From contig JBDLJA010000003.1 in the NCBI GenBank assembly GCA_039714595.1, positions 64,312-128,311 of the forward strand: DNA of 64,000 bases, read 5' to 3'. Shown piece by piece: positions 13,058 through 23,603 of this stretch (position 1 is the first letter of the stretch; the number at the start of each line of letters is the position of its first letter). The translations under genes were made by a program, and so were the position numbers. Source of the DNA: Thermodesulfobacteriota bacterium. GTDB taxonomy: Bacteria > Desulfobacterota > Desulfobulbia > Desulfobulbales > SURF-16. Below the pieces are notes generated by a model, which worked only from the letters and a program-made list of their open reading frames with translations, was not told the origin of the DNA and ran no database searches.

Positions 13058-13426
13058 ATGATTCAAACTGAAAGCAGACTTAATGTAGCTGACAATTCCG
13101 GCGCCAAAAAAGTGCTGTGTATCCGAGTACTTGGTGGTACGCGGAAACGTTACGCCAAGGTCGGTGATGTTATAGTAGTGACAGTCAAGGAAGCGATCCC
13201 AAACGCCAAGGTCAAGAAGGGCGACGTCATGCGCGCCGTGATTGTTCGGACCTCTAAGGAGTTGAAGCGTATGGATGACACCTCTGTCCGTTTTGATGAA
13301 AATGCCGCGGTTCTGTTGAGTAGTTCAGGTGAACCTGTTGGGACCAGGATCTTTGGTCCGGTGGCTAGGGAACTACGGGCAGAAGGGTATATGAAGATCA
13401 TATCCCTCGCCCCTGAGGTTCTGTAA
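13058..13426 (+). CDS. rplN: 50S ribosomal protein L14
   Basis: 122 aa, [17 protein letters not shown]. Confidence 0.98.
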   Translation: MIQTESRLNVADNSGAKKVLCIRVLGGTRKRYAKVGDVIVVTVKEAIPNAKVKKGDVMRAVIVRTSKELKRMDDTSVRFDENAAVLLSSSGEPVGTRIFGPVARELRAEGYMKIISLAPEVL

Positions 13427-13483
13427 ATTAGATACTGATATCAGGGTGTTAGTCCTTGATTTCCTCATAGGTGAGGCTAGCAG

Positions 13484-13813
13484 ATGCAGATGAAAAAAAA
13501 TTACCTGCGCGTAAATGACCAAGTTGAGGTCATTGCCGGCAAAGATAAAGGTCGGGTGGGCAAGATTACTAAGCTTCTGCCCAAGGTACAAAAGGCGGTG
13601 GTGGAAAAGATCAATATCGCCAAACGTCATACCAAACCCAGCATGACCAATCAGGAGGGTGGCATCATCGATTTGGAGGCGCCAATACACGTCTCTAACC
13701 TGATGCTTATCTGCGAGAAATGCGCAGGTCCTGTTCGGATAAAGAAGAGTACGCTTGAGGATGGCACGAAGGTACGCGCTTGTAAAAAATGCGGCGAGTC
13801 CATCGGCGACTAG
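13484..13813 (+). CDS. rplX: 50S ribosomal protein L24
   Basis: 109 aa with a KOW motif ([13 protein letters not shown]). The start could instead be the ATG at 13490. Confidence 0.95.
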   Translation: MQMKKNYLRVNDQVEVIAGKDKGRVGKITKLLPKVQKAVVEKINIAKRHTKPSMTNQEGGIIDLEAPIHVSNLMLICEKCAGPVRIKKSTLEDGTKVRACKKCGESIGD

Positions 13814-13836
13814 CCAATCGTGCCCAGGAGGCAATC

Positions 13837-14376
13837 ATGTCAGAACTTAAAGAATATTATAAAGATAAAATCGTTGCCGAACTGATGAAGGAATTCAGTT
13901 ACGACAACGTCATGCAGGTGCCCACCCTCGAGAAGGTAACCCTCAATATGGGGCTAGGTGAGGCGGTTCGCAACCCGAAGATTGTTGAGGGCGCTGCCAA
14001 TGAGCTGACCCAGATAGCGGGGCAGAAATGTCAGGTGACAAAGGCGCGTAAGTCCATTGCCGGCTTTAAACTGCGGGAAGGCATGCCCATCGGGGCCATG
14101 GTAACCCTGCGCGGCGAGCGGATGTATCTGTTTCTCAGTAAGTTAATAAACATTGCCCTGCCCCGGGTTCGCGACTTTCGTGGCATTAAATCAAAGGGTT
14201 TTGATGGCCGGGGTAACTACTCCTTCGGCATCAAAGAGCATATTATCTTTCCTGAGATCGATTACGACAAGATCGATAAGATCAAAGGCTTAAATATAAC
14301 AATAACCACCAGTGCCGGCACCAACGAGGAAGGCCACTTCCTCCTTAAGGCGCTAGGTATGCCATTTGCTAAATAG
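13837..14376 (+). CDS. rplE: 50S ribosomal protein L5
   Basis: [14 protein letters not shown]-terminus. AGGAGG RBS at 13826-13831. The ORF-track start at 13789 would overlap rplX and lacks an RBS. Confidence 0.96.
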   Translation: MSELKEYYKDKIVAELMKEFSYDNVMQVPTLEKVTLNMGLGEAVRNPKIVEGAANELTQIAGQKCQVTKARKSIAGFKLREGMPIGAMVTLRGERMYLFLSKLINIALPRVRDFRGIKSKGFDGRGNYSFGIKEHIIFPEIDYDKIDKIKGLNITITTSAGTNEEGHFLLKALGMPFAK

Positions 14377-14396
14377 GGCAGTGGGAGGACCGAGAC

Positions 14397-14582
14397 TTGG
14401 CTAAGAAATCAATAATCGCTAAAAGTCAGCGTACACCAAAGTTTAAAGTTCGTGCATACAATCGCTGTCCCTTGTGTGGACGACCGCGTGCCTTTCTGCG
14501 TAAATTTGGCATGTGCAGGCTCTGTTTTCGTGATCTGGCATCTCGTGGAGAGATTACCGGCGTAACGAAATCAAGCTGGTAG
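14397..14582 (+). CDS. rpsN: 30S ribosomal protein S14, zinc-binding type Z
   Basis: 61 aa with CPLC...CRLC zinc-ribbon cysteines. TTG start. Confidence 0.96.
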   Translation: MAKKSIIAKSQRTPKFKVRAYNRCPLCGRPRAFLRKFGMCRLCFRDLASRGEITGVTKSSW

Positions 14583-14614
14583 AAGCTACTACAATAGATG
14601 AAGAGGATAAACTG

Positions 14615-15013
14615 ATGTCAATGAGTGATCCCTTGGCTGATATGCTCACCCGTATTCGTAACGCGAATATGGCCAAGCATCCCACAGTCCAGATACCATA
14701 TTCCAATGTTAAGAGTCACATTGCCGAAAATTTCAAGAAGGAAGGTTATATAACCGACTTTGCAGTCCGCAAGGATGATAAGCAGGGCACCCTTGAAATT
14801 ACTCTCAAGTATGACCCGAACAATAACGGAGTTATTACTGGATTGAAGAGGGTCAGCAAGCCAGGTTGCCGTGTCTATGTTCAGACCAATAACATCCCCA
14901 AGGTTATGAGCGGTCTGGGTGTGGCGATTCTTTCAACATCCAAGGGTGTACTTACTGATAAGGAGGCGCGTCAGCAGAAAGTTGGCGGAGAGCTCCTCTG
15001 TGAGATCTGGTAA
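14615..15013 (+). CDS. rpsH: 30S ribosomal protein S8
   Basis: 132 aa, [14 protein letters not shown]. Confidence 0.98.
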   Translation: MSMSDPLADMLTRIRNANMAKHPTVQIPYSNVKSHIAENFKKEGYITDFAVRKDDKQGTLEITLKYDPNNNGVITGLKRVSKPGCRVYVQTNNIPKVMSGLGVAILSTSKGVLTDKEARQQKVGGELLCEIW

Positions 15014-15042
15014 CATACCTGTCAACATGAGTGGAGTATAGA

Positions 15043-15579
15043 ATGTCCAGGATAGGAAATAAACCCATTGATGTCCCTGCCGGTATCGAGGTGGCAATCT
15101 CGGGTAATAATATAACTGTCAAGGGTAAGAACGGCAGCCTGCAGCGTGATTTCCGGCCGGAGATCGGCTTTGAGCAGGAAGGTGATACCATCAACGTAAT
15201 CTGCCGGGATAACAGCAAGCGCACCAGGGCCTTCAGCGGTCTTTCCCGCACCCTTCTGAACAATATGATTCTCGGTTTGACCGGCGGCTTCTCCAAGAAG
15301 CTGGTGATTGAGGGTGTTGGTTATCGGGCCGATCTCAAGGGCAAGGTGATCAATCTCTCCGTTGGTTACTCCCATCCGGTTCTCTTTGAGCTGCCCGAGG
15401 GCGTTAACGCCAAGGTTGATCGTACTGAGATTACCTTAGATTCCATTGACAAAGAACTGCTTGGTCAGACCGCCGCCAGTATCCGTGAGATACGCAAACC
15501 TGAGCCGTATAAGGGCAAGGGAATTCGCTATGCTGACGAGAGAATCGTCCGCAAGGCGGGTAAGTCAGCTGCTAAGTAG
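15043..15579 (+). CDS. rplF: 50S ribosomal protein L6
   Basis: MSRIGNKPI N-terminus. ATG at 15043 preferred over 15031. Confidence 0.96.
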   Translation: MSRIGNKPIDVPAGIEVAISGNNITVKGKNGSLQRDFRPEIGFEQEGDTINVICRDNSKRTRAFSGLSRTLLNNMILGLTGGFSKKLVIEGVGYRADLKGKVINLSVGYSHPVLFELPEGVNAKVDRTEITLDSIDKELLGQTAASIREIRKPEPYKGKGIRYADERIVRKAGKSAAK

Positions 15580-15619
15580 TAAACAATAATTAACCCCTCC
15601 AGGGTATTGGTACAGTACG

Positions 15620-15982
15620 ATGGCCAGAACAAATAAAAAATATGTAGCCAAGCAGAAGCGTATCCGCAGGGTCAGGAAGAAGATCTTCGGCACCCCGGAA
15701 AAACCGCGGATGCGTGTCTTTCGCAGTCTCAATCACATATACGCGCAGATCATTGATGACACCAATGGTGTTACCATGGTTGCCACTTCAACGCTGGAAA
15801 AGTCCCTGAAAGGTGAGACTGGTTCCAAGGTTGAAAAGGCCCAGAAGGTTGGTGAAATACTTGCTGAAAAGGCTAAGGCCCTTGGTATAAGCCAGGTTGT
15901 CTTTGACCGTGGCGGCAATATTTATCATGGCCGGGTTCGGGCCCTGTCTGAAGGGGCTCGCTCTGGCGGGCTGGATTTCTAA
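15620..15982 (+). CDS. rplR: 50S ribosomal protein L18
   Basis: 120 aa. Ends [17 protein letters not shown]. Confidence 0.97.
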   Translation: MARTNKKYVAKQKRIRRVRKKIFGTPEKPRMRVFRSLNHIYAQIIDDTNGVTMVATSTLEKSLKGETGSKVEKAQKVGEILAEKAKALGISQVVFDRGGNIYHGRVRALSEGARSGGLDF

Positions 15983-16015
15983 TATATCTAGATTATCAAA
16001 TCAGGGAGCAAGACC

Positions 16016-16519
16016 TTGGCTGATTTAAGAAATGATAAGAACGACGATTTAATTGAAAAGATTGTCTATATTAATCGTGTTGCCAAAGTAGTAAAGGGCG
16101 GCCGCCGTTTTAGCTTCAGTGCCATTGTTGTAGTCGGCGATGGCAGAGGCAACGTGGGCTATGGCCTGGGCAAGGCAAACCAGGTTCCTGAGGCGATCCG
16201 TAAGGGTGTTGAGCGGGCGCGCAAGGATATGAGCCGTGTCTCCCTGCAGGACACCACCATCCCCCATGAGATTCATGGCAAGTATGGCGCCGGCTGTGTA
16301 ATGCTTAAGCCTGCTGCCGAGGGTACCGGCGTTATTGCTGGTGGAGCGGTTCGTGCCGTACTGGAGGCCGCAGGTGTACATAACATTCTCACCAAATGTA
16401 TCGGCTCCCACAACCCCCATAATCTGGTAAAGGCAACCATTGACGGCCTGCGGCGTCTGCGCAGCGAGAAACAGATTGCGGCTATTCGTGGTCTGGATCC
16501 GGCAAATATCCGCGCCTGA
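16016..16519 (+). CDS. rpsE: 30S ribosomal protein S5
   Basis: 167 aa, [19 protein letters not shown] start. Confidence 0.97.
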   Translation: MADLRNDKNDDLIEKIVYINRVAKVVKGGRRFSFSAIVVVGDGRGNVGYGLGKANQVPEAIRKGVERARKDMSRVSLQDTTIPHEIHGKYGAGCVMLKPAAEGTGVIAGGAVRAVLEAAGVHNILTKCIGSHNPHNLVKATIDGLRRLRSEKQIAAIRGLDPANIRA

Positions 16520-16566
16520 TCGACCTGCTGTCAACATCACTTGGCAGCGCTGATCAACCAGTAAGA

Positions 16567-16603
16567 ACTCCCTCACCTTTTTTTTGGTGCGGGAGTGTTT
16601 TTG
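16567..16603 (+). terminator. Terminator-like hairpin inside the spc cluster (rpsE-rpmD spacer)
   Basis: ACTCCCTCACC - T8 loop - GGTGCGGGAGT with one mismatch, followed by GTTTTTG. Confidence 0.4.
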
Positions 16604-16684
16604 TAAGTTAAAGATCAAATCAGCAGCTTAATATTCCCTTTTTGCTGTTGCTTTTATAGAGATAAACCAAACGAGGCTATCATC

Positions 16685-16867
16685 ATGGCTGGTGATCTTA
16701 AGATAACCCTGAAAAAGAGCGTTATAGGCAGCACCAAGAAGATTCGTGCTACTGTGGTCGGCCTTGGCCTGACCAAGACCAATAAGTCCATTCTGCGCAA
16801 GGACACCCCCGAGATTCGCGGGATGATCAATAAAGTTGAGCATCTTGTCGCAGTGGAGGAAGTATAA
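16685..16867 (+). CDS. rpmD: 50S ribosomal protein L30
   Basis: 60 aa, [11 protein letters not shown]. Conserved order. Confidence 0.95.
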   Translation: MAGDLKITLKKSVIGSTKKIRATVVGLGLTKTNKSILRKDTPEIRGMINKVEHLVAVEEV

Positions 16868-17307
16868 TGATTAATTTAAGCAACCTCTCTCCCCAGCCTG
16901 GCTCCCGCAAACAGAAGAAACGCCTTGGTCGTGGTCATGGTTCCGGCCATGGAAAGACCTCTGGCCGTGGTCACAAGGGTTATAAGGCCCGTTCCGGTTC
17001 CGGTATCAAGCCCGGCTTTGAGGGTGGTCAGATGCCCATCCAGCGCCGCCTGCCCAAACGGGGTTTTAACAATATCTTCCGCAAGGAATATGCCATTGTT
17101 AATGTTGGCGCCCTGGAGGCCTTTGCTGCCGGTGACACCATCGACCGGGATAGTCTGGCTGCCGCCGGTCTCATCAAGAAGGGTGACACTTTAGTGAAGA
17201 TCCTCGGTGATGGCGAGCTGAGTAAGTCGGTTACAGTTAATGTTGATAAGGTCTCCAAAGGAGCCGTGGCAAAGATTGAAGCCGCTGGCGGTTCAGTAAA
17301 TGGTTGA
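16867..17307 (+). CDS. rplO: 50S ribosomal protein L15
   Basis: 146 aa with a Gly/Arg-rich N-terminus (RLGRGHGSGHGKTSGRGHKG). Confidence 0.97.
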   Translation: MINLSNLSPQPGSRKQKKRLGRGHGSGHGKTSGRGHKGYKARSGSGIKPGFEGGQMPIQRRLPKRGFNNIFRKEYAIVNVGALEAFAAGDTIDRDSLAAAGLIKKGDTLVKILGDGELSKSVTVNVDKVSKGAVAKIEAAGGSVNG

Positions 17308-17451
17308 TTGCCCTTTAAGCTGACCTCCTGAGGAGTAAAGGCGCAACGTTCCCTTAGTTATTAGTAGTGATAATAACTTGGCGGCACTTGCGCCTTTGTG
17401 GTTTGAAATGCAGCAACTTGCCTAACTTTAAAAAATTAGGGTGGTATAACA

Positions 17452-18780
17452 ATGGCATTGCCGGTGCAAGCGAATAGCGGCAAGCTCGATGAGCTGCGGA
17501 AAAAGATAATTTTTACCCTTTTGATGCTGGCGGTTTACCGTATTGGCGTCCAGATACCCACCCCCGGTATCAACGCTGAGGCCCTCGCGTCATTTTTTGC
17601 CAAGAATTCTCAGACCATTTTCGGCATGGTCAATATGTTTTCCGGTGGCGCCCTGGAGAAGTTTTCCATCTTCGCCCTGGGAATCATGCCCTACATCTCC
17701 GCATCCATTATCTTTCAGCTCCTCACTGTTGTTGTGCCCCAGCTTGAGGCCCTCTCCAAGGAGGGCGAGTCTGGCCGCCGGAAGATTACCCAGTACACCC
17801 GTTATGCCACGGTGGGCCTTAGTATTGTCCAGTCGCTGTTTATCAGCATTGGCCTGGAAGGTATGAGTGCCGGCGGTGGTTCAGCCGAGATGATTGTCAT
17901 CAATCCCGGCTGGTCTTTCAGGATTATGACCGTGCTTACCCTGACCTCGGGTACCGCCTTTATAATGTGGCTGGGTGAGCAGATGACCGAACGGGGTATC
18001 GGCAACGGTATCTCCCTGATCATCTTTGCCGGTATTGTGGCCCGGACCCCGGCCGCCATAGTCAATACTATCAAGATGGTCAGCTCCGGTCAGATGATGG
18101 CAGTTTTTCTGCCCCTCCTCCTGGCCATGATGGTCCTGGTTGTCGGTGTGATAATTTACTTCGAAACGGCCCAACGGCGGATTCCCATTCAATATGCCAA
18201 GCGGATGGTGGGCCGGCAGCTCATGGGTGGCCAACAGACTCATCTTCCCCTGAAGATAAATATGGCGGGCGTTATCCCCCCCATCTTTGCCTCCTCGATT
18301 ATGATGTTCCCCGGCACCATTGGCCAGTTTGTTCAGATAGATGCCGTGCAGCGCGTTTCGGCCCTTTTTGCCTGGGGAACGCCGCTCTATACCGTTCTCT
18401 ATGTGGCGATGATCGTTTTCTTCTGCTTTTTCTATACGGCGGTTACCTTTAACCCCAATGATATAGCTGATAACCTGAAGAAAAATGGCGGGTTTGTACC
18501 GGGCATCAGGCCGGGCAAGCGTACGGCTGAGTTTATTGACAAGCTCACTGTCCGCCTCACCGTCATCGGCGCGGCCTATGTCAGCATTGTCTGTATCCTG
18601 CCGGAACTTTTGATTAAGCAGGCGAATATGCCCTTTTACTTTGGCGGTACGGCCCTGCTTATTGTTGTCGGTGTTTCCATAGATACCATGTCAAAGATCG
18701 AGTCGTACACGGTCCAGCAGAACTACGATGGCTTTGTCAAGAGTCAGCGCATGCGGAGGAACAGATCCTTCAATGGCTAA
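17452..18780 (+). CDS. secY: Preprotein translocase subunit SecY
   Basis: 442 aa, ten predicted TM segments. Conserved position after rplO. Confidence 0.97.
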   Translation: MALPVQANSGKLDELRKKIIFTLLMLAVYRIGVQIPTPGINAEALASFFAKNSQTIFGMVNMFSGGALEKFSIFALGIMPYISASIIFQLLTVVVPQLEALSKEGESGRRKITQYTRYATVGLSIVQSLFISIGLEGMSAGGGSAEMIVINPGWSFRIMTVLTLTSGTAFIMWLGEQMTERGIGNGISLIIFAGIVARTPAAIVNTIKMVSSGQMMAVFLPLLLAMMVLVVGVIIYFETAQRRIPIQYAKRMVGRQLMGGQQTHLPLKINMAGVIPPIFASSIMMFPGTIGQFVQIDAVQRVSALFAWGTPLYTVLYVAMIVFFCFFYTAVTFNPNDIADNLKKNGGFVPGIRPGKRTAEFIDKLTVRLTVIGAAYVSIVCILPELLIKQANMPFYFGGTALLIVVGVSIDTMSKIESYTVQQNYDGFVKSQRMRRNRSFNG

Positions 18781-19561
18781 GACGATAGTCATTAAGTCTG
18801 ACTCAGAGATCGAAAAGATGTTTGCGGCCAACCAGATTGTCGCCGCTACCCTTTCCATGCTCCAGGAGAGAATGGAACCTGGTCTGTCAACCTGGCAGAT
18901 GGACCGCTGGGCGGAAAAGTATTGTCGTCGCCATGGGGCCGTACCCGCGTTCAAGGGTTACCGGGGCTTTCCCGGCAGCCTCTGTGTCTCCATCAATGAG
19001 CAGGTTGTCCATGGTATACCTTCTAAGAAGGTTAAAGTTCGCGAGGGCGATGTCATCTCCATAGATTTTGGGGTGCGAATCGGTGGTTTTTATGGCGATT
19101 CCGCCATAACTCTGCCGGTGGGGAAGGTTGAGCCAGAGATAGAGCAGCTCCTTGCCGAGACCCAGCAATCTCTCTACCGGGCCATTTCCCAGGCGGTGAG
19201 CGGCAACCGGGTTGACGATGTCTCCTCCGCGGTTGAGAGTCACGTTGAGCAATTTGGCTATGGCATTGTCCGTCAGTTTGTCGGCCACGGAATAGGTAAG
19301 GAACTGCATGAACCGCCGGAGATCCCTAATTATCACCGTGATGGAGTAACTCCCAAGTTGCTGCCAGGTATGACCCTGGCCATCGAGCCGATGATTAACC
19401 TAGGCACCGGCGAGGTTCAGGTCCTAAAGGATGGCTGGACAGTAATAACCAGGGATAGAAAATACTCGGCCCATTTCGAGCACTCCGTTGCGGTCACCCA
19501 AGGCAAGGCCCTTATTCTCAGCCGCCGTGAAGATGAGGCCCTTCCCGCCTTTCTGACCTAG
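18773..19561 (+). CDS. map: Type I methionine aminopeptidase
   Basis: MAKTIVIKSDSEIEKM N-terminus with metal ligands in the D..D...H..E..E pattern. The ATG at 18773 overlaps the secY stop by 8 nt. The ORF-track start at 18728 lies inside secY. Confidence 0.93.
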   Translation: MAKTIVIKSDSEIEKMFAANQIVAATLSMLQERMEPGLSTWQMDRWAEKYCRRHGAVPAFKGYRGFPGSLCVSINEQVVHGIPSKKVKVREGDVISIDFGVRIGGFYGDSAITLPVGKVEPEIEQLLAETQQSLYRAISQAVSGNRVDDVSSAVESHVEQFGYGIVRQFVGHGIGKELHEPPEIPNYHRDGVTPKLLPGMTLAIEPMINLGTGEVQVLKDGWTVITRDRKYSAHFEHSVAVTQGKALILSRREDEALPAFLT

Positions 19562-19783
19562 GTTGCCGGCCAACTTTTTTCCTTTGGGGTTCTAGGACAG
19601 AGTCTGGCTGTGAGTTGAAGTGTTTGTTTTGTGTAAACAGATAGTTACAAAGACAGTGTTTGCGTTGAGCCCTACGAACATTAATTTTCAGGGCAAACAA
19701 AAAAATAATACGGGCAAAAATAGTTAAATGGAGTATATTCTCTCCTTTTTCGTGTTCTGCTATTTTGCTGTTAAGGAAAGGTT

Positions 19784-20017
19784 ATGCCAAAAGAAGAGGC
19801 AATTCAGGTAGAAGGAACTATTGTCGAGCCCCTGCCCAACGCCATGTTTCGCGTTGAGCTGGACAACGGCCATAAGGTTCTTGCTCATATTTCTGGTAAA
19901 ATGCGCATGCATTTTATTAAGATACTTCCCGGGGATCGGGTGACCGTTGAACTGTCTCCTTATGATCTCACCAGGGGACGTGTAACCTTCCGTTCCAAGG
20001 GCGGCAAAAAGAAATAA
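19784..20017 (+). CDS. infA: Translation initiation factor IF-1
   Basis: 77 aa, S1-like ([32 protein letters not shown]). Confidence 0.97.
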   Translation: MPKEEAIQVEGTIVEPLPNAMFRVELDNGHKVLAHISGKMRMHFIKILPGDRVTVELSPYDLTRGRVTFRSKGGKKK

Positions 20018-20066
20018 GCTAGAGAGGGGTGACATCGTCCCCTTCCATATCAATAGAGGTTAAGTC

Positions 20067-20180
20067 ATGAAGGTCCGTTCATCGGTTAAAAAGATATGTG
20101 CAGACTGCCGCGTCTTTAAAAGAAATGGCGTTATCCGGGTGGATTGCAAGGTTAAGAAGCATAAGCAACGCCAGGGATAG
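20067..20180 (+). CDS. rpmJ: 50S ribosomal protein L36
   Basis: 37-aa ORF absent from the ORF track: [37 protein letters not shown]. Canonical L36 with zinc-ribbon Cys/His. Confidence 0.93.
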   Translation: MKVRSSVKKICADCRVFKRNGVIRVDCKVKKHKQRQG

Positions 20181-20267
20181 GTATCCTGGCCATTTGTCGT
20201 ATATACCTGTTAACTTCTGCCACAGGCAGCTTGACAGAAAGATAATAAATTTCCGGAGGATATTCCG

Positions 20268-20636
20268 TTGGCTCGTATAGCAGGCGTTGATTTGCCCAAA
20301 AATAAGCACATGGTTATTGCCCTGACCTATATTCATGGCATTGGCCGTACCAGTTCCAAGGAGATACTCGATAAGGTTGGGCTGGACCATACCTTTAACA
20401 GTGACGACCTCAGTGATGCCGAGGTGGCCAATATCCGCAAGGTTATCGAGGATGATTATGTAGTTGAGGGTGATCGTCGTCGTGAGGTGGCCATGGATAT
20501 CAAGCGTCTCATTGACCTTGGCTGCTACCGTGGTATCCGCCATCGTCGTGGCCTCCCTGTTCGCGGCCAGCGGACCAAGACAAACGCCCGGACCCGTAAA
20601 GGCCCACGGCGTGGTCCGGCAGTTAAAAAGAAATAA
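20268..20636 (+). CDS. rpsM: 30S ribosomal protein S13
   Basis: 122 aa, [13 protein letters not shown] start. Confidence 0.97.
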   Translation: MARIAGVDLPKNKHMVIALTYIHGIGRTSSKEILDKVGLDHTFNSDDLSDAEVANIRKVIEDDYVVEGDRRREVAMDIKRLIDLGCYRGIRHRRGLPVRGQRTKTNARTRKGPRRGPAVKKK

Positions 20637-20709
20637 CTAAGCAGATAATTATGAAAAGGGGAAACAGCTAATTACTGGCTGTTTTTTCCTTAATATATGG
20701 AGTTGAAAG

Positions 20710-21102
20710 ATGGCGAGTCCTAAACGACGTACTGGGAAAAAGCGCGTTAAAAAGAATGTGCCGGAAGGCATAGCGCATATTAAATCAACCTTTAACAATA
20801 CCCAGGTAACACTGTCAGATACCCAGGGTAATGTTATAGCCTGGTGCAGTTCCGGCGTTCTCGGCTTTAAAGGGTCTCGCAAATCCACTCCTTTCGCGGC
20901 TCAGAATAATGTGGAGACCGCGGCTAAGGTTGCTAAAGAGCATGGGATGAAAAAGGTTGAGGTTCGCGTCAAAGGGCCTGGTCCTGGACGTGAGTCCGCC
21001 ATCCGCGCCCTGCAGAATGTCGGTTTTGAGGTTAGTCGCATTATCGACGTTACCCCTCTGCCTCACAATGGCTGTAAGCCTCCCAAGCGGAGAAGGGTTT
21101 AG
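20710..21102 (+). CDS. rpsK: 30S ribosomal protein S11
   Basis: 130 aa, [17 protein letters not shown]. Confidence 0.97.
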   Translation: MASPKRRTGKKRVKKNVPEGIAHIKSTFNNTQVTLSDTQGNVIAWCSSGVLGFKGSRKSTPFAAQNNVETAAKVAKEHGMKKVEVRVKGPGPGRESAIRALQNVGFEVSRIIDVTPLPHNGCKPPKRRRV

Positions 21103-21287
21103 TTTAGGCCCCTGGTGCATGCTGTTAGAGGTGGCGGATGCTACTTCTTGAACCTTGCAACCTGGGTCATGAAAGAAGCGAAGGATGAAGGGTTTTCAAT
21201 TACCCGTAAACTTCACAACATATAATGTAAACAGCAGATGGAACGATACCTGTTTCATCGCTGAGTTTTGAAAATTGGAGAAATATC

Positions 21288-21917
21288 GTGGCTAGATATC
21301 GTGGAGCATCATGTCGTCTCTGTCGGCGCGAAAAACTTAAGTTATTTCTGAAGGGCGAGCGTTGCTTTTCAGACAAATGTGCCTTTGAACGTCGTTCCTA
21401 CGGCCCTGGTCAGCATGGTCAGGCCAGGATGCGTAAGGTTTCCGATTATGCCCTGCAGCTCAGGGAGAAACAGAAGGTTCGGCGGATCTACGGCATTCTT
21501 GAAGATCAGTTCCGCCGTTACTTTTCCATGGCCGATCAGGCCAAGGGAGTAACGGGCGAGAATCTTCTTCAGCTTCTCGAGCGGCGTCTGGATAACACCA
21601 TTTATCGTCTCGGCTTTGCCAATTCCCGCAATCAGGCCCGGCAACTTGTCCGCCATAACCACATCAGGGTAAATGGCGGCAAGGTGAACATTCCCTCCTT
21701 CCTGGTCAAGGTGGATGATGTGATCACTGTGGTGGACAAGAGCAAGAATAATGGCGCGATCTCCGAGGCAGTGGAGTCAGTGGCCCGTCGCGGCATTCCT
21801 TCCTGGTTGAGTGTTGATCATCCTAATTTCAAGGGAACCGTCAAGACATTACCGGTACGTGAAGAGTTGACCCTGCCCATCCAGGAACAACTTATCGTCG
21901 AACTTTACTCCAAGTAA
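21288..21917 (+). CDS. rpsD: 30S ribosomal protein S4
   Basis: 209 aa, [18 protein letters not shown] start. Confidence 0.97.
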   Translation: MARYRGASCRLCRREKLKLFLKGERCFSDKCAFERRSYGPGQHGQARMRKVSDYALQLREKQKVRRIYGILEDQFRRYFSMADQAKGVTGENLLQLLERRLDNTIYRLGFANSRNQARQLVRHNHIRVNGGKVNIPSFLVKVDDVITVVDKSKNNGAISEAVESVARRGIPSWLSVDHPNFKGTVKTLPVREELTLPIQEQLIVELYSK

Positions 21918-22007
21918 AGGGATGAGGCTGGCCTGGTTTATTGGCCCCACTCGTCCGGACCTAGCAAATATGCTTTTCTTAACGTCAGATTTTCAGACAG
22001 GAATATT

Positions 22008-23060
22008 ATGACAGAAAACGAAGAAAGCGTTGTGGAAGAAACTGCGCCCTTTTATCGCAATTGGCGTGATCTGATTAAATCAAATATCGAGGTTGCCCAG
22101 GAGACCCATAGCAAGAGCTATGGTAAGTTTACCTGCCAGCCCCTTGAGCGCGGATTTGCCACCACCATCGGTAACTCCCTACGCCGGGTGTTGCTCTCAT
22201 CTGTTCAGGGTGCGGCCATCACCGCCGTCAGGATAGAAGATGCGTTGCACGAGTATTCCACCTTGCCGGGCATTGTTGAGGATGTAACTGAGATCATCCT
22301 CAACCTTAAAGAGATCAGGTTCAAGCTCCATGCCGGTGGTGAGAAGGTTATCCGGATAGAGAAGACCGACTCTGGTGAGGTAACGGCAGCAGATCTGATC
22401 TGTGATCATACCGTTGAGGTTATGAACCCTGATAAGTATATCTGCACCCTAACCGGTGAAGGTAAGCTTGTTGGCGAGTTCGTTGTTACCCTTGGCAAGG
22501 GCTACAGCCCGGCCGAGAATAACAAGTCCGAAGATCTGCCGGTTGATTTTATCGCCATTGATTCCACCTTTACTCCCATCACAAACGTTAAGTTCAACGT
22601 GAATCAGGCCCGGGTGGGTCAGCAGACTGATTACGATAAGCTTACCTTAGAGATTGCCACCGACGGCTCTGTGACCCCTGAGGACTCCCTGGCCTACGCC
22701 GCGAAGATCATTAAGGAGCAGATGACAATCTTCATCAACTTTGATGAAGAAAATGTCGAGCCGGCCGAGGACGAGGTTGCCGATGAGGCCGTTGATGAAG
22801 ATTACAATGAGAATCTGAACCGGCCAGTGGAAGATCTTGAGCTATCTGTCCGTTCTTCTAACTGCCTCCGTAATGCCAATATCACCTTTATCGGTGAGCT
22901 GGTGCAGAAGACCGAGGCTGAGATGCTGAAGACGAAGAACTTCGGCCGTAAATCTCTTAACGAGATCAAGCAGCTCTTGTCTGAGATGGAGTTGAACCTG
23001 GGGCTGGTGCTGGATAACTGGCAGCCACCCGCGGCAGCGCCGGAAGAAGAGCAAGAATAA
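22008..23060 (+). CDS. rpoA: DNA-directed RNA polymerase subunit alpha
   Basis: 350 aa, [11 protein letters not shown] motif, acidic linker, C-terminal domain ([16 protein letters not shown]). Confidence 0.97.
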   Translation: MTENEESVVEETAPFYRNWRDLIKSNIEVAQETHSKSYGKFTCQPLERGFATTIGNSLRRVLLSSVQGAAITAVRIEDALHEYSTLPGIVEDVTEIILNLKEIRFKLHAGGEKVIRIEKTDSGEVTAADLICDHTVEVMNPDKYICTLTGEGKLVGEFVVTLGKGYSPAENNKSEDLPVDFIAIDSTFTPITNVKFNVNQARVGQQTDYDKLTLEIATDGSVTPEDSLAYAAKIIKEQMTIFINFDEENVEPAEDEVADEAVDEDYNENLNRPVEDLELSVRSSNCLRNANITFIGELVQKTEAEMLKTKNFGRKSLNEIKQLLSEMELNLGLVLDNWQPPAAAPEEEQE

Positions 23061-23102
23061 CAACGTTGAATTATCCGTTTCATCCATATAGAGGAAGTAG
23101 CT

Positions 23103-23498
23103 ATGAGGCATAGAAGAGCAGGCAGACGTTTGGGCCGGACAACTCCCCATCGTCGTGCCATGGAAAGAAATATGGTAACATCCGTTCTGGATCATGAGCG
23201 CATTGTTACCACCGTTCAAAAGGCCAAAGAGGTTCGTAAGGCCGTGGACAAGATGATCACCCTTGGTAAACGTGGTGATCTCCACGCCCGCCGTCAGGCC
23301 CTTTCCTTTATTCAGGATAAGGACGTTGTCGCCAAGCTTTTCAATGAGTTGGGACCTGAATATGAAGAGCGTAACGGTGGTTATACCCGGATAATCCGCA
23401 CCGGTAACCGTGAGGGTGATAACGCCTCCATGGCCATCCTGGAACTGGTAAATTACAGTGAAAAGATGGGTGGTCAGGAAGAAGAGGCGGATAACTAG
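23103..23498 (+). CDS. rplQ: 50S ribosomal protein L17
   Basis: 131 aa, [20 protein letters not shown]. Confidence 0.97.
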   Translation: MRHRRAGRRLGRTTPHRRAMERNMVTSVLDHERIVTTVQKAKEVRKAVDKMITLGKRGDLHARRQALSFIQDKDVVAKLFNELGPEYEERNGGYTRIIRTGNREGDNASMAILELVNYSEKMGGQEEEADN

Positions 23499-23526
23499 CC
23501 CTCCACCTCCTGTTATTATTTGCGAA

Positions 23527-23563
23527 AGCCCCGATCCTCTTAAGAGGATCGGGGCTTTTTTTA
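23527..23563. terminator. Rho-independent terminator closing the ribosomal cluster (between convergent rplQ and batD)
   Basis: Perfect palindrome AGCCCCGATCCTCTT/AAGAGGATCGGGGCT followed by a T8 run. Confidence 0.8.
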
Positions 23564-23603
23564 TTTTGAGGGAGAGGCTGGACCCTGCACCAGGGCAGGG
23601 TGC

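Noticed and set aside
18773-18780. Absence of adk between secY and map.
   Set aside because: The content of the spc-operon tail varies among bacteria, so adk is probably encoded elsewhere. This is not anomalous.
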